This document shows positions 40,569 to 53,832 of a DNA stretch of 64,000 nucleotides, piece after piece. The DNA lies in the NCBI GenBank assembly GCA_965235115.1, contig OZ249436.1, positions 26,104,001 to 26,168,000 of the forward strand, written 5' to 3'. Each line of letters opens with the position of its first letter. Position 1 is the stretch's first letter. The notes beneath the pieces were generated by a model. The model did no database searches, was not told where the DNA came from, and saw nothing but the letters and a program-made list of their open reading frames with translations. Both the position numbers and the translations under genes were made by a program. This stretch comes from Laetmonice hystrix. Lineage: Eukaryota.

Positions 40569-43500
40569 ATGTCAGCGGCGAGTAAGGCTCGGGCGGCGGC
40601 CCGTGGGTGGGTTACCCGCGCAGCGGCCAGGCTAGCCACCCTGACGAAGGCGGAGTCAGTCGATCAGGAGGAGCTTCGGGATGCAATAGAGGAGTTCGAC
40701 AAGCGGCTCGGGAAACTGGACGATGTGCAAGGTGAGCTAGAGCTAGAGCTGACCGAGGAGGAATTGACGGCTGACATTAATGCTGCAGCTGACTTTCGTG
40801 ATGGTGCTCGGCGGGCCAGGCGGGCAGCCGCTAAGAGGGTGACGGGGGTAGCTCCGAAACAGAGTGACAGGCAGCCGCTCAGAGTCAGCACCGGTGTCGG
40901 TGAGTGCACCGAGGCTAGGCTACCTAAATTAGAGCTACCGTGCTTTGGTGGGGAGCCACTTCTCACTGGGGAGGCCAAGTGCTCGGTCCAGGGACTTTCT
41001 CTCACGGGGACCAACTATGGTGTCGCATGTAACCTACTGAGGGGGCGCTATGGACGGTCTGAGCGGATCATTTTCGCCCATGTGCAGCAGTTGTTGAACA
41101 TTGTGATACCCAAGCAGGCGAAGGTACCACTGCTGTGGACGGTGTATAATGAACTACAGGCCCACGTGAGGAGCTTGGAGTCCTTAGGGGTGTCAGGGAC
41201 CCAATATGGAGTCGTGCTTTGCCCTTTGATTTTGTCACGACTTCCCCCTGAGATGAGACTCCTCCAGTTCCTCCAGAGTTCCTCCAGCATGAGATAGAGA
41301 GGAGAGAACGGTCACAAACGTTTGGAAACTCGGGCTTCGAGGCAGCGGCAACTGAGAGGAAAAAACCTTCCGTCTCCATCCCTACTGCGGCGGCTCTACA
41401 TGTGTCTGCAGGAGGCTGTGTGTTGTGTGGACTCAATAGTCATCAGCTGTCTCAGTGCTACAAACTCACCAAGGCGCCTGTGAGGGAGCACAGGGAACTA
41501 CTACGCAGTAAAAATGTTTGTTTCAAATGTCTGCGTTTCGGACCAACTCACAGCTTTCGTAAATGTAAAGCGAAATGTAGCAGATGTAAAGATTTCCATC
41601 ATGTATTGTTGTGTGAAAATGATTCCAGACAAGATGTACCCCCTGTACCTGTACTTGTGACCCCCAATGAGTCTGAGCTTGTGAACCCTGAGGGTGTGAG
41701 TAGTCAAACAGGTGTGTCTTGTGAAAGTCACGACAGATCCAGAGTTATGTTACAGACCAGGCGTGTGAAAATCAGTGGGGTAAAGGGTGTCATGGAGGCA
41801 GTGGTGTTATTTGACAGTGGGTCACATAAGACGTACGTATCACAGAGAGTTGTAGAAAGGGTTGGCCCACAATGGCGTACTCGTGAGCCAGACGCGTATT
41901 CTTCCTTTGGTACTGTTGAGTCTAGTCGATCACAGGTGCGAAATGTGTACAATGTTCAATTGCAAGGTGTACAAGGTAACATTGAGAGTGTTGTGGCAGT
42001 AGAGATACCCGTGATATGTGCCCCCTTGGTTTGCCCCGCCATTCCCCCTGGAGTGTTGACCTCATTTGAGGGTAGTCTGGATGTGAGGGAGGTCTGTGCT
42101 GGGGAAAAGGTGGTGGTTGATGTGTTAATCGGGATGGACCACTATTGGAAGTTGATGACCCGCCGGGTTGTGGATTTGTCTCCAGGGTTGGTAGCCCAGG
42201 AGTCCCGCTTGGGATGGGTGGTGGCTGGGACCTTACCAAATGGGAATGGGGCCCCCCCTCCATCTTTCTCCCACCAGTTGTTTTGTGTCACGGAATCGTT
42301 GGACTCTGCCGTCAGGAATTTGTGGGAGCTGGATTCTCTCGGTATCAATGGAGGTAGTCTTCCTATAGTGGACCCGGTGATGTCCGAGTTTGAGGAAAAG
42401 GTTGTGTACGCTGATGGCAGGTATCAGGTGTCTTTGCCGTGGAGGAAACCCCGACCCCCCCTCTTGCTAGACAATGAGAAAGGAGCCATGTCCCGGTTAG
42501 AGCGGTTGTCCCTAAAGTTGTCAAAGGACCCTAAATTGGACAGGCAGTATCATAGGGTTTTCAAGGACTACTGGGAGGAGGGATTTATTGAGGAGGTTCC
42601 TCTAGAGGAGATGTCTACTGAACGGCGTGTCTATTACTTGCCGCATCGGCCAGTGGTTAAGGCGTCCAGTGAGACAACAAAGGTGAGGCCGGTGTTTGAT
42701 GCCTCTGCCCCTGGATACAACGGGGTGTCGCTGAATGATTGTTTGGAGGCAGGTCCGAGTCTGATCCCCAGTCTGGCAGGGATTTTGTTGCGCTTTAGGC
42801 GTTGGAAGGTAGCTGTGTGTGGTGACGTGACGAAGGCTTTCCTTCAGGTTGACGTATGCCCTGAGGATAGGGACGTACACCGATTTTTGTGGAAAGACGA
42901 AGGGACTATTCGGGTCATGCGGTTCCGAAGACTGCCCTTTGGGAATAAGAGCAGTCCCTTCCTTCTCAATGCTACGGTGAAGCACCACCTTGCTAGGTTT
43001 CCCCGTTCAAGGGTCATTGAAGAGTTGTTGGACAATCTCTACGTCGATGACTGGTTGTCAGGAGGGGACGATGAGGCTGAGGCCGGTTCTGCTGTGCGTG
43101 AGTCATGCGAGGTGATGGGTCAAGCAGGGATGACTCTGTCAAAATGGTGTTCTAACAGTCAGTTAGTTGGGGAGTTGGCGTCGTGTGAGTTCGCTGATGG
43201 GTCTATGGGATGTGAGGTTCATCGGATCTTGGGTCTGCGTTGGTTGGCGGGTGAAGACTGCTTCACTGAACTGCACTGAAGGCGTGTCAGTGCCTTATCA
43301 GTTGTGCATTATCAAACGTGTGATGCTCGGGTTTATTGCCCGTCTGTTCGATCCACTTGGGTTCCTCACCCCCTTTGCCATACATGCTAAGTGCATGTTT
43401 CAGGAGTTATGGCGGGAATGTGTTGGTTGGGATGAGGTGGTTCCTGATGGTATTCAGACCCTCTTCCTGGAGTGGGTTGAGGGACTGGAGGTTCTGCGTA

Positions 43501-45315
43501 CGTGGAAGATTCCACGTCGATACAGCGACATCTGCTGGAGAGATGTAGCTGACTTCCGGCTCCATGCCTTTGGAGATGCCTCTGAGGCGGCGTATGGAGC
43601 ATGTGTCTACCTCTGTATGCGAGGTTCTGATGGTAGGTGGCAGTCCTCTCTGGTCATGGCGACGGGCAAGGTCGCTCCTTTGAAGAGAGCTACACTGCCA
43701 CGGCTAGAGTTGTTGGGCGCTCTTTTGTGCGCAAGGCTGGTTATCTTCGTTCGCGAAGCCCTTCGGTTACCATACAGTATTGAGTATTGTTGTTGGACAG
43801 ATTCCACAATTGCCTTGTCTTGGATTCAGAGTTCTCCAAGCAAGTGGAAAGCGTTTGTGGGCAACAGGGTTGCTGAGATCCAAAGCTTGACGGACCCCGG
43901 TCGCTGGCTTCACTGCCCAGGCAAACAGAATCCGGCTGATCTTGTGACCAGGGGGATCTCTGCACAGGAGCTTGTCTCCTCCGATATGTGGCTGCAAGGC
44001 CCCGAGTTCATTCGTGAGTGTCAGGTTGTTTCGGTCGCGCCCCCCATGGAGATTGTGACGGTAGATCAGGGGGAGTCTTTGTCAGAGTCAGATCTTGTCC
44101 TGGTTGCTGTGGGAAAGGGGAGTGAACCGCCCTGGGAGTTGAACCGTTAGAGCAGTTTTCTTAAGGCGATCAGAGTCGTAGGTTGGGTGTTGAGATTCAA
44201 GGATAGCCTCCGGCGGTCAAAGGGCAGTAGGTGTTCAGGTGATTTGACATGGCAGGAGTTGTGTACCGCCAAAAGCACTCTGCTACGGGCTACTCAACAG
44301 GAGTATTATGGTGAGGAGTGCAGACGTCTAAAGACTGGCATGCCAATTTCCCGCGAGTCTCCCATCTTCAAGTTGAGCCCATTTGTTGATGATCAGGGGG
44401 TTTTGCGTGTTCAGGGAAGGCTTCACTTTGCTGAGCTCAGTTATGAGTCCAAACACCCCATCATTCTCCCCAAGTGTCACTTGAGTTTGTTGTTGATCCG
44501 CCACCTACATTGTTTGTTCAAACACGCTGGGGTGAATGCTCTGCTGGTCAAACTCCGAGATGATTATTGGGTTGTTGGAGCACGACGTATGTGCAAACGT
44601 GCCAGGCGTGAGTGTGTATCGTGTAGACGCCAGGATGCGGCTGCGGGTACTCAGACTATGGCCCCACTCCCCAAGGTAAGGGTCACACAGGCCCCAGTGT
44701 TCTCGGTGGTAGGACTGGATCATGGGGGGCCCTTGTATTGTGGTGATGAGGTGGGGAAGAAGTGGTATGTGCTGCTCTTCACATGTGGAGTTGTGAGAGC
44801 CATTCATTTGGAGTTGGTTGATTCCCTGTCGGCGGAAGCCACGTTGTCGGCAGTGCGCCGGTTTGTTGCACGTAGGGGTTTGCCATCGGTCATTATGTCA
44901 GATAATGCCCGTGGATTTGTTGCAGCCAAAGAGTTGGTTCTGAAGGTCTATGGTCCAGATGGGCCAGATTGGCAGTTCATTGTCCCCCGGGGCCCTTGGT
45001 GGGGAGGCTGGTGGGAACGTCTCATAGGGAGTGTGAAGTCAGCCTTGAAACGGTCAGTGGGCAGGAGGTCGCTTACGCGTGTTGAGCTGGAGACCTTCCT
45101 TCATGAAATTGAGGCTCTGTTGAACTCTCGGCCCCTCACGGTTGTCAGTGATGAAGTGGAAGATCCCAACCCGTTGACTCCAGCACATTTTCTGATAGGG
45201 CGTCCCTTGATTGGTGGTTCCCCTAAGGTGGATTCAGAAGATGTCGGTGTTCAGGCTCCTGATTTGGTGCCTCTGCGAGCACATCAAGAGCAGTTACTTG
45301 GGCTGTTTTGGGACC
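40569..45315 (+). pseudogene. BEL/Pao gag-pol polyprotein, disrupted
   Basis: ARLPKLELPCF gag; three Cys/His knuckles; protease LFDSGS; RT RLPFG and NLYVDD; RNase H FGDASE, LPRLEL, WTDS, NPAD; integrase GLDHGGP, MSDNA, WWERLI. Frameshifts near 41280 and 43270, in-frame TAG at 44148, apparent gag deletions. Confidence 0.92.
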
Positions 45316-45530
45316 TGATTGGCCCATCGAAAACATGGACGCAAACGAGGTATAGTTCCGTACCCTCCGTATTTCTCCAACAAGACACAAATATTTTCGT
45401 CAATCCCTTTAAAATACAAGTGTTAAATGTCCTCGCTTTTCTGGATGTAAACATAGCGTCAGCAGTCCCCACACCTGCTACGGTCTGCATACGCAGGGGC
45501 ATGTTGCTATTGTTGGCCACTCCCGGCCAC

Positions 45531-46232
45531 GGACTCGTACTTAAAGTCGACCTCTCAAGTGGCACCAAGAGAGTCAGGCTGCCCCCAGGGACCCCCTATG
45601 GGAGGGAACCAAACCAAAACCATCCCATCACCTCCCCCTTGACCTAGGCTAGGCCTAGACCTAAGATTGTCCCCATCTAATCATTTCTAGGTAGGCGGAC
45701 TCGTACTTAAGGCCGACCTCTCAAGTGGCACCAAGAGAGTCAGGCTGCCCCCAGGGGCCCCCTATGGGAGGGAACCAAACCAAAGCCATCCCATCACCTC
45801 CCCCTTGACCTAGGCTAGGCCTAGACCTAAGATTGTCCCCATCTAATCATTTCTAGGTAGGCGGACTCGTACTTAAAGTTGACCTCTAAAGTGGCACCAG
45901 GAGAGTCAGGCTGCCCCCAGGGGCCCCCTATGGGAGGGAACCAAACCAAAACCATCCCATCACCTCCCCCTTGACCTAGGCTAGGCCTAGACCTAAGATT
46001 GTCCCATCTAATCATTTCTAGGTAGGCGGACTCGTACTTAAAGTCGACCTCTCAAGTGGCACCAGGAGAGTCAGGCTGCCCCCAGGGGCCCCCTATGGGA
46101 GGGAACCAAACCAAAACCATCCCATCACCTCCCCCTTGACCTAGGCTAGGCCTAGACCTAAGATTGTCCCAATCTAATCATTTCTAGGTAGGCGGACTCG
46201 TACTTAAACATCGACCTCGTCAGGCTGCCCCC
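45531..46232 (+). repeat. 166-bp satellite, ~4.2 copies
   Basis: GGACTCGTACTTAA at 45531, 45697, 45863, 46028, 46194. Confidence 0.95.
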
Positions 46233-47061
46233 AATCATCCTGCACAGATGTAGTGAAATAGTTGCCTATCAGTGACCAGTCTTTGGCCTCACTGTTGATT
46301 CTATAACCGGTGCAGTTAATCCCTCTGGCAATAAGTGAGGTAGGGCCTATGGATATTTGACATGTAGCTCAGGTCTTTCTTATTTTTTGTTTTATGTTGC
46401 AATGTAACTATTTTTCTTTACACTTTTCTGGTTATCTGAGCTTTTTCGCCTAGATGTGTAATCTGCGTCGATACGCAAAATGTTTGATTTTTTTCGCCAC
46501 TTAGATACACACTCAAATACAGTAAGACCGGTACCATCTTTTTTTACACTTTTAAACTTTGTAATACTCCCAGTATTTTTTGCTTTGACTGGTAGATGAT
46601 TTCATTGAAATTTCGCTCTCTCCGATTTCCTCTCAAAAATTCTTATATCACTGTACAGAAGAAAACCGTGCAGGTGTATACTTGATTTAGACAAATATAA
46701 ATTTTCAAATTATTAGGAAATCAGTATAACAAGATGTATTTCGATTTCATACACTTGACCTTATAAAAAACAACCGCTTGATTTTTTCCTGCTCAATAAA
46801 GAGAACAAGTATTAACGTATTTTGTGTTTTTTGAATCACTCATTTCCCATTTTGTGATCTATACATTCGTCAAGATTCATCCATAAACTGGAAATTGGTC
46901 ACTCCGAGAGCGCAGACCTCCGCCCTACCTGCCCTCATTGTTAGTGATGCTGATATTTTATGCAGATCTAGGCTTCATGCGACCCTGTTACATAATGGGA
47001 CACGTTAAGTAGGCGGGCGAAAAGCGTGGGTGGCTTGACTCTCGAGGCTTGACTCTCGAGA

Positions 47062-47392
47062 GGGCCACTTGGGAGGTCGATTTTTAAGTACGACTCCGCC
47101 TACCTAGAAATGATTAGATGGGGACAATCTTAGGTCTAGGCCTAGCCTAGGTCACGGGGGAGGTGATGGGATGGTTTTGGTTTGGTCCCCTCCCATAGGG
47201 GGCCCCTGGGGGCAGCCTGACTCTCTTGGTGCCACTTGAGAGGTCGACTTTTAAGTACGAGTCCGCCTACCTAGAAATGATTAGATGGGGACAATCTTAG
47301 GTCTAGGCCTAGCCTAGGTCAAGGGGGAGGTGATGGGATGGTTTTGATTTGGTTCCCTCCCATAGGGGGCCCCTGGGGGGTAGCCTGACTCT
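47062..47392 (-). repeat. Inverted copies (~2) of the 166-bp satellite
   Basis: Reverse complement of the 45531 unit. Confidence 0.9.
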
Positions 47393-48649
47393 CGAGCGAC
47401 CAGAGTCAATGTATACGGTATAGTAGGCTACCCCCGAAATATTAATAATGGTCTGCTCCTCTAACCGCTGTACTGGCACCTCCCAGAAGGCGCTCTCGCA
47501 CGCGTGAGAAGGGCCAGTCCCAGCGGCTGCGCATAACGAGTGGACAGTTTCCGGTCTAACGTGGCTACGGATCCAGCAACCAGCTTTGGTTTGGGGCCTC
47601 ACTTCGACCGAACAAAGGACCGACTAACTGTTCAGCAGAGCCAGAGCCGGTCGTATATCGCCGGAAGAGTCGTATATTGCCAGGCAGATATCGCCGGAAG
47701 ACTGTCGGGGACTATAAAGCTTTCTGATGGACAAAGGTGGCGTGGCTACCAGTCGCTTACTCGTGTAGAATGCCTATTTGCCTACGCCTAGCCTACCTAC
47801 CGTACAATCAATACGGTACCATAATTATAGCCTAATTCTCTTGGATTCTAGGGCATTTGCCCCCCGTACATCTGCCCCCGGAGTCCAATATTTGCCCCCG
47901 GATTTTTTCCCCCGGACATTAAATTTGCCCCGGTAGGACTTCTGCCCCATAGCCTAGGACATCTGCCCCCACACATTCACCCCCCCCCTTACATTAGGCC
48001 TAACCCCTAACGTTAGAGGCTATAGGCATAGATCTACGAGAGGACTTAGCCCCTAGCCTAGCCCTCCTAGGACATATCTGCCAATGCCCCCCAGATATTC
48101 ACCAGCCCTGCTCCCGGTTTTTAGATCTAACCTGATCCCCCGCGCAGCACTTGGCAGATCCAAGGGGGGGGGGGGGGTGTCGGCGACGTCCGGACCCCCC
48201 TCAAATTTGCCAAATTTAATTTTTTATAACCAAAATGCCTTTTGTTTTCACAACGGACCCCCCTCAATTTGCCCTTTTTATGCTGGACCCCCTAGGACCC
48301 CCCCCCCTGAATATAGACCCTAGATCCGCCCCTGCCGCCCCCAGTAGAATGTCACCATTTTCTCGGGGTAAATTGACAACTCATCATGTAGGCCCTATAT
48401 AGGCCTAGCCTATAGGCCCCTATGTAGCCTATAGGCCTAGCTAGATCTACACAAATCATGTCAAATGTAGGCTACACAAAACGCAAGAAAAACGATAAAT
48501 AGGCCTAAATAATATTTGGACAATAATTATTGTAAGTTTAAATAGAAAGAAAACATAATTTTGAGTATGGTTAAGTAGGTAGGTATAGCATATGCAACGC
48601 AGGAAAATTATAGATAGGCCTAACCAACGTCTTCAGCTCCACTTATAGG

Positions 48650-49990
48650 CCTATGCTTAAATCTAGCGAAAGTAGGCTTAATTTTTATTTTATTCGTCCA
48701 CAAGCAGGATGTCTCTCAGTGGCTACGCGAGCATGTTCATATACAACTGGCTCCCGCGCGAGACAAGTCTCCAGGGTAGGGCCTAGAGAGATGGCTGGAC
48801 AAAGACTCCGTCGTCTCTATCATCTAAGTGACGGGTTGTTTTCCCTTTTGACCACTTCGATGGATAGCCAAGGTCTTTAGCTTCCCCTTCTCTATACCCT
48901 TGAATCAAATTACATATTTTATTTCCATTTTATCCCATCACAAAGAAAGGTCTACAAGTGGATGCGATATAGTTCTGTACTGTAATGGACACGGAGTCGA
49001 GGTATAGATGGCATATGGACAGTGACTCCGCGTGGCCTGTATAATAGATATCATCTAAGTAACGTTGTGTCTTCACCTCAATTGATAACTTAGGTCTTTA
49101 GCTTCGCTTCCATATCGTTAAATCTAGCGAAAGTAATTTATGTTTTACCCGACCATATTAAACAGGGTGTCTCTAAGTGGCCACCAGCATGTTCATATAC
49201 GACTGGCTCCGGCGCCAGGAAAGTCTGCAGGGCGATATAAGGACACGGAGCCGAGGGAGATGGCATATATATATGGACAAAGACTCCATCGCCTCTATCA
49301 TCTAAGTAACGTGTTGTGTCTTCCCTTTAATCACATCAATAGATAACCAAGGTCTTTAGCTTCCCTTCCATATCCTTACATTTAGCGAAAGTATATTTCA
49401 TTTCTATTTTATCCGACCACAAACAGGATGTCTCTAAGTGGCTACCAGCATGTTCATATACGACTGGCTCCGGCGCGAGACAAGTCTCCAGGGCATATAT
49501 GGACACGGAGCCGAGGGAGATGGCATATATGGACAAAGACTCCGTCGCCTCTATCATCTAAGTGACGTGTTGTGCCTTCCCTTTAATCACATCAGTAGAT
49601 AACCAAGGTCTTTAGCTTCCCTTCCATATCCTTACATTTAGCGAAAGTATATTTAATTTCTATTTTATCCGACCACAAACAGCTATAGGCCTAGGTGTCT
49701 TTAAAGTGGCTACCAGCATGCATGTTCATATACGACTGGCTCCGGCGTCAGGAAAGTCTGCAGGGCCATATAAGGACACGGAGCCGAGGGAGATGGCATA
49801 TATGGACAGTGACTCCGTGGCCTGTATCATCTAAGTAACAGGTTGTATCTACCCGTTGATCACAATGGATAACAAAGGTCTTTAGCTTCGCTTCCATATC
49901 CTTAAATCTAGCGAAAGTATACATAATTTCTATTTTATCCGACCACAAACAGGGTGTCTCTCAGTGGCTACGGCGTTCATATACGACTGC
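48650..49990 (-). repeat. ~260-bp satellite, left arm (~5 units)
   Basis: ATACGACTGGCTCC-like motif at ~48740, 49197, 49457, 49730, 49981. Confidence 0.85.
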
Positions 49991-50567
49991 ATGGGTATCC
50001 GGGTCGGGGGCAGTCGTAGGCCTATATGCCTGCCACATGCCACTTCTCTAGTTTCGAAGTTTACCACCAGGTAGCAGCACGTCTCGGAACTATCTGTGCC
50101 AGGGCCTGTCACATCAACATGTCGGCATGCATGTTAACTGAATACCTGCCACTTCCTAACTCAATATTCAAGGGACCCACATATTAGGAATAGAACTTCC
50201 TCACTCAATATTAAATATCAAGGACCCCCCCCCCCCTGCCACATATTGGGGCTATATATAGAACTTCTTCAGTCAATATTAAATATCAGTGACCCATACT
50301 ACCTGCCACATGGGACTACAACTTCCTAACTCAACCCCTACCTGTCACAAACTAACTTCCTCAGTCAATATTAAATAAATAGTGCAATTCTCGGCGTTGC
50401 TAGGAATACCAATTCTTTAATAAGTCCTCCATTTCTAATCCATTATGTTGAAGAAAAACTGGCCAATTAATGATCTGAATAATTAGGGCTTAAGTGAGGT
50501 GTTCAAAGGGAAGCTACAAAACGTTGTATACTTATAATACAGGCCGCAGACTCACTTAGTCTCTATA

Positions 50568-51425
50568 TATCGGGTGGATAAAAAAAAAACGCCCCGAACT
50601 TTAAACTTTAATATTTCAAAAACTATGCATTATAATTCAATAAAATTTCTCTCAATATCACTTCATGATATTATCTCTGGTATGTTAAAGTTTCAGCTCA
50701 ATAGCTTTGATATTAATCCTGTGGCGCTAAAAACAAAAATCAGTGTCTAAAATCGCAATGCCGGAATTAGGTCAAATATCATGCCGCTGCCAGGTGTCCA
50801 ATTTGACACCTGTTTGATGCACCGCTTTGTACCTTGGGTTTAAAAAATCAAAATTTAGTTTTTGCATGTTTTATAATATGTATAATGTTGTGGGCCATTA
50901 GATTTAATAAAATATGTGCTATTCCTAGTACTTTTAGAGAAAAAGAGATGTTTAATGTGCCAAACCCTATACAGAAACTGCAACCTTAAGACGATATGAC
51001 TGTAAGGAGAAGTTCAAGGGAAATTGTATCATTATCATGTTTAGCAACACATTCAGAACGTTACGTATTTCCCAATGTTGGGAAGATATTTCCCTATCAG
51101 AAATCAGGAAGTGCATTGGCTCATGGCAAAAGAGACTGAGAGCAGTATGGAGTGAAAACGGGGGACCGATTGACCACCCACTGTAGTGTGAGGCCAGGGA
51201 CTCTGGGTGCGACTACAACTCGCTTTAGCCCGGCATTGCGCTTTTGTACAATGATTTTTGTTTTAAGCCCCACGGAAATATTATCCAAGCTATTGAGTTG
51301 TAACATTAACAACTAAGAGACAACATCATTAAGTGATATTAAGAAAAATTTCATTGAATTACAATCATTACTGTTTGAGATATTGAAGTTTAAAGTTCGG
51401 GGCGTTTTTTTTTATCCACCCGATA
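50568..51425 (+). mobile_element. Tc1/mariner-like MITE copy 3
   Basis: Same TIRs; TA-run flanks. Confidence 0.9.
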
Positions 51426-52973
51426 TATATGTCATCTACCTCGGCTCCGAGTCTATACAGTATACAGACCCATAGCATCCACTTTTCTTTTCCTTGTAGT
51501 GGGATAAAATGGAAATTAAATTTGTAACTTACAGATTTAAGGGTACGGAAGGGAAGCTATAAGGACCTTTGCTATCCATCAAAGTTGTCAAAAGGGGGAA
51601 ACAGCCTGTTACTTAGATGATAGACGCGACGGAGTCTTTGTCCATATGCCATCTCCCTCGGCTCCGTGTGCCCTGGATCGAGACTTGTCTCGCGCCGGAG
51701 CCAGTCGTATATGAACATGCTCGTAGCCACTTAGTGACACCCTGATGTTTGTGGTCGGATAAAATAGAAATTATATACTTTCGCTAGATTTAAGGATATG
51801 GAAGCGAAGCTAAAGGCCTTTGTTATCCATTGAGGTGGTCAAAGGGAAGACACAACACGTTACTTAGATGATACAGGCCACGGGGTCACTGTCCATATAT
51901 GCCATCTCCCTCGGCTCCGTGTCCTTATATATATACATGGCCCTGCAGACTTTCCTGGCGCCGGAGCCAGTCGTATATGAACATGCTGGTAGCCACTTAA
52001 TTAGAGACACCATGTTTGTGGTCGAAAAAATAGAAATTAAATATACTTTCGCTAAATGTAATGTTGAAGGGAAGCTAAAGACCTTAGTTATCCATTGAAG
52101 TGGTCAAAAGGAAGACACAACACGTTACTTAGATGATACAGGCCACGTACGGAGTCACTGTCCATATATGCCATCACCCTCGGCTCCGTGTCCTTATATG
52201 GCCCTGCAGACTTTCCTGGCGCCGGAGCCAGTCGTATATGAACATGCTGGTAGCCACTTAGAGACACCCTGTTTGTGGTCGGATAAAATAGAAATTAAAT
52301 ATCCTTTCGTTAAATGTATAAGGATATGGAAGGGAAGCTAAAGACCTTGGTTATCTATTGATGTGATTAAAGGGAAGACACAACACGTCACTTAGATGAT
52401 AGAGGCGACGGAGTCTTTGTCCATATATGCCATCTCTCTCGGCTCCGTGTCCATATATGCCCTGGAGACTTGTCTCGCGCCGGAGCCAGTCGTATATGAA
52501 CATGCTGGTGGCCACTTAGAGACATCCTGTTTGTGGTCGGATAAAATAGAAATGAAATATACTATCGCTAAATGTATTAATGGAAGGGAAGCTAAAGACC
52601 TTGGTTATCTAATAATGTGATTAAAGGTAAGACACAACCCGTCACTTAGATGATAGAGGCGACGGAATCTTTGTCCATATATGCCATCTCCCTCGGCTCC
52701 GTGTGCATATATGCCCTGGATCGAGACTTGTCTCGCGCCGGAGCCAGTCGTATATGAACATGCTCGTAGCCACTTAGTGACACCCTTAATTGTGGTCGGA
52801 TAAAACAGAAACTATATACTTTCGCTAGATTTAAGGATATGGAAGCGAAGCTATAAAGCCTTTATTATCCATCGAATTAAGAGATCAACGGGAAGATACA
52901 ACCCGTACGTTACTTAGATGATAGAGGCCACCGAGTCTTTGTCTATATATGCCATCTCCGCTCCGTGTCCTTA

Positions 52974-53832
52974 TATCGGGTGGATAAAAAAAAACGCCCC
53001 GAACTTTAAACTTTAATATTTCAATAACTTTGCATTATAATTCAATAAAATTTCTCGTAATATAACTTCATGATATTATTTCTTGTATGTTAAAGTTTCA
53101 GCTCAATAGCTTTGATATTAATCCCGTGGCGCTAAAAACAAAAATCAGTGTCTAAAAACACAATGCCGGAATTAGTTCAAATATCATGCAGCTGCCAGGT
53201 GTCCAATTTGACACCTGTTTGATGCACCGCATTGTACCTTGGCTAAAAAGTTTTCAATATTTAGTTTTTGCATGTTTTACAATATGTATAATGTTGTGAA
53301 CCACTAGATATAATAAATTATGTGCTATTCCTAGTACTTCTAGAGAAAAACAGATGTTTAATGTGCCAAACCCTACAAAGAAACTGCAACATTAGGACGA
53401 TATGACTGTAACCAGAAGTTTAAGGGAAATCGTATCATTATCACGTTTAGCAACACGTTCAGAACGCTGCTTATTTCCCAATAATGGGAAGATAATTCCC
53501 TATCAGAGATCAGGAAGTGCATTGGCGCATGTAAAAAGACACTGAGAGCAGTATGAAGTGAAAACGGGGGACCGATTGACCACCTACTCTAGTGTGAGGC
53601 CAGGGACTCTGGGTGCGACTACCACTCGCTTTAGCCCGGCATTGCACTTTTGTACAATGATTTTTGTTTTTAGCGCTACGGAAATATTATCCAAGCTATT
53701 GAGTTGTAACATTAACAACTAAGAGACAACATCATGAAGTGATAGTAAGAAAAATTTCATTGAATTACAATCAATACTTTTTGAAATATTGAAGTTTAAA
53801 GTTCGGGGCGTTTTTTTTTTATCCACCCGATA
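52974..53832 (+). mobile_element. Tc1/mariner-like MITE copy 4
   Basis: Same TIRs; sits in the TA run of a satellite unit. Confidence 0.9.

Larger units (their letters stand above)
40217..45315 (+). mobile_element. BEL/Pao LTR retrotransposon, 3'-truncated (no 3' LTR)
   Basis: 5' LTR, PBS, and gag-PR-RT-RH-IN order; homology breaks after LLGLFWD at ~45315. Confidence 0.95.

Noticed and set aside
45316..45647. env-like or extra C-terminal domain of the BEL ORF
   Set aside because: The frame simply runs on past the truncation into unrelated DNA and the 166-bp satellite.
49336..52620. Repeated MIEATESLSIYAISLGS ORFs
   Set aside because: Translations of the ~260-bp satellite; frames are not preserved between units.
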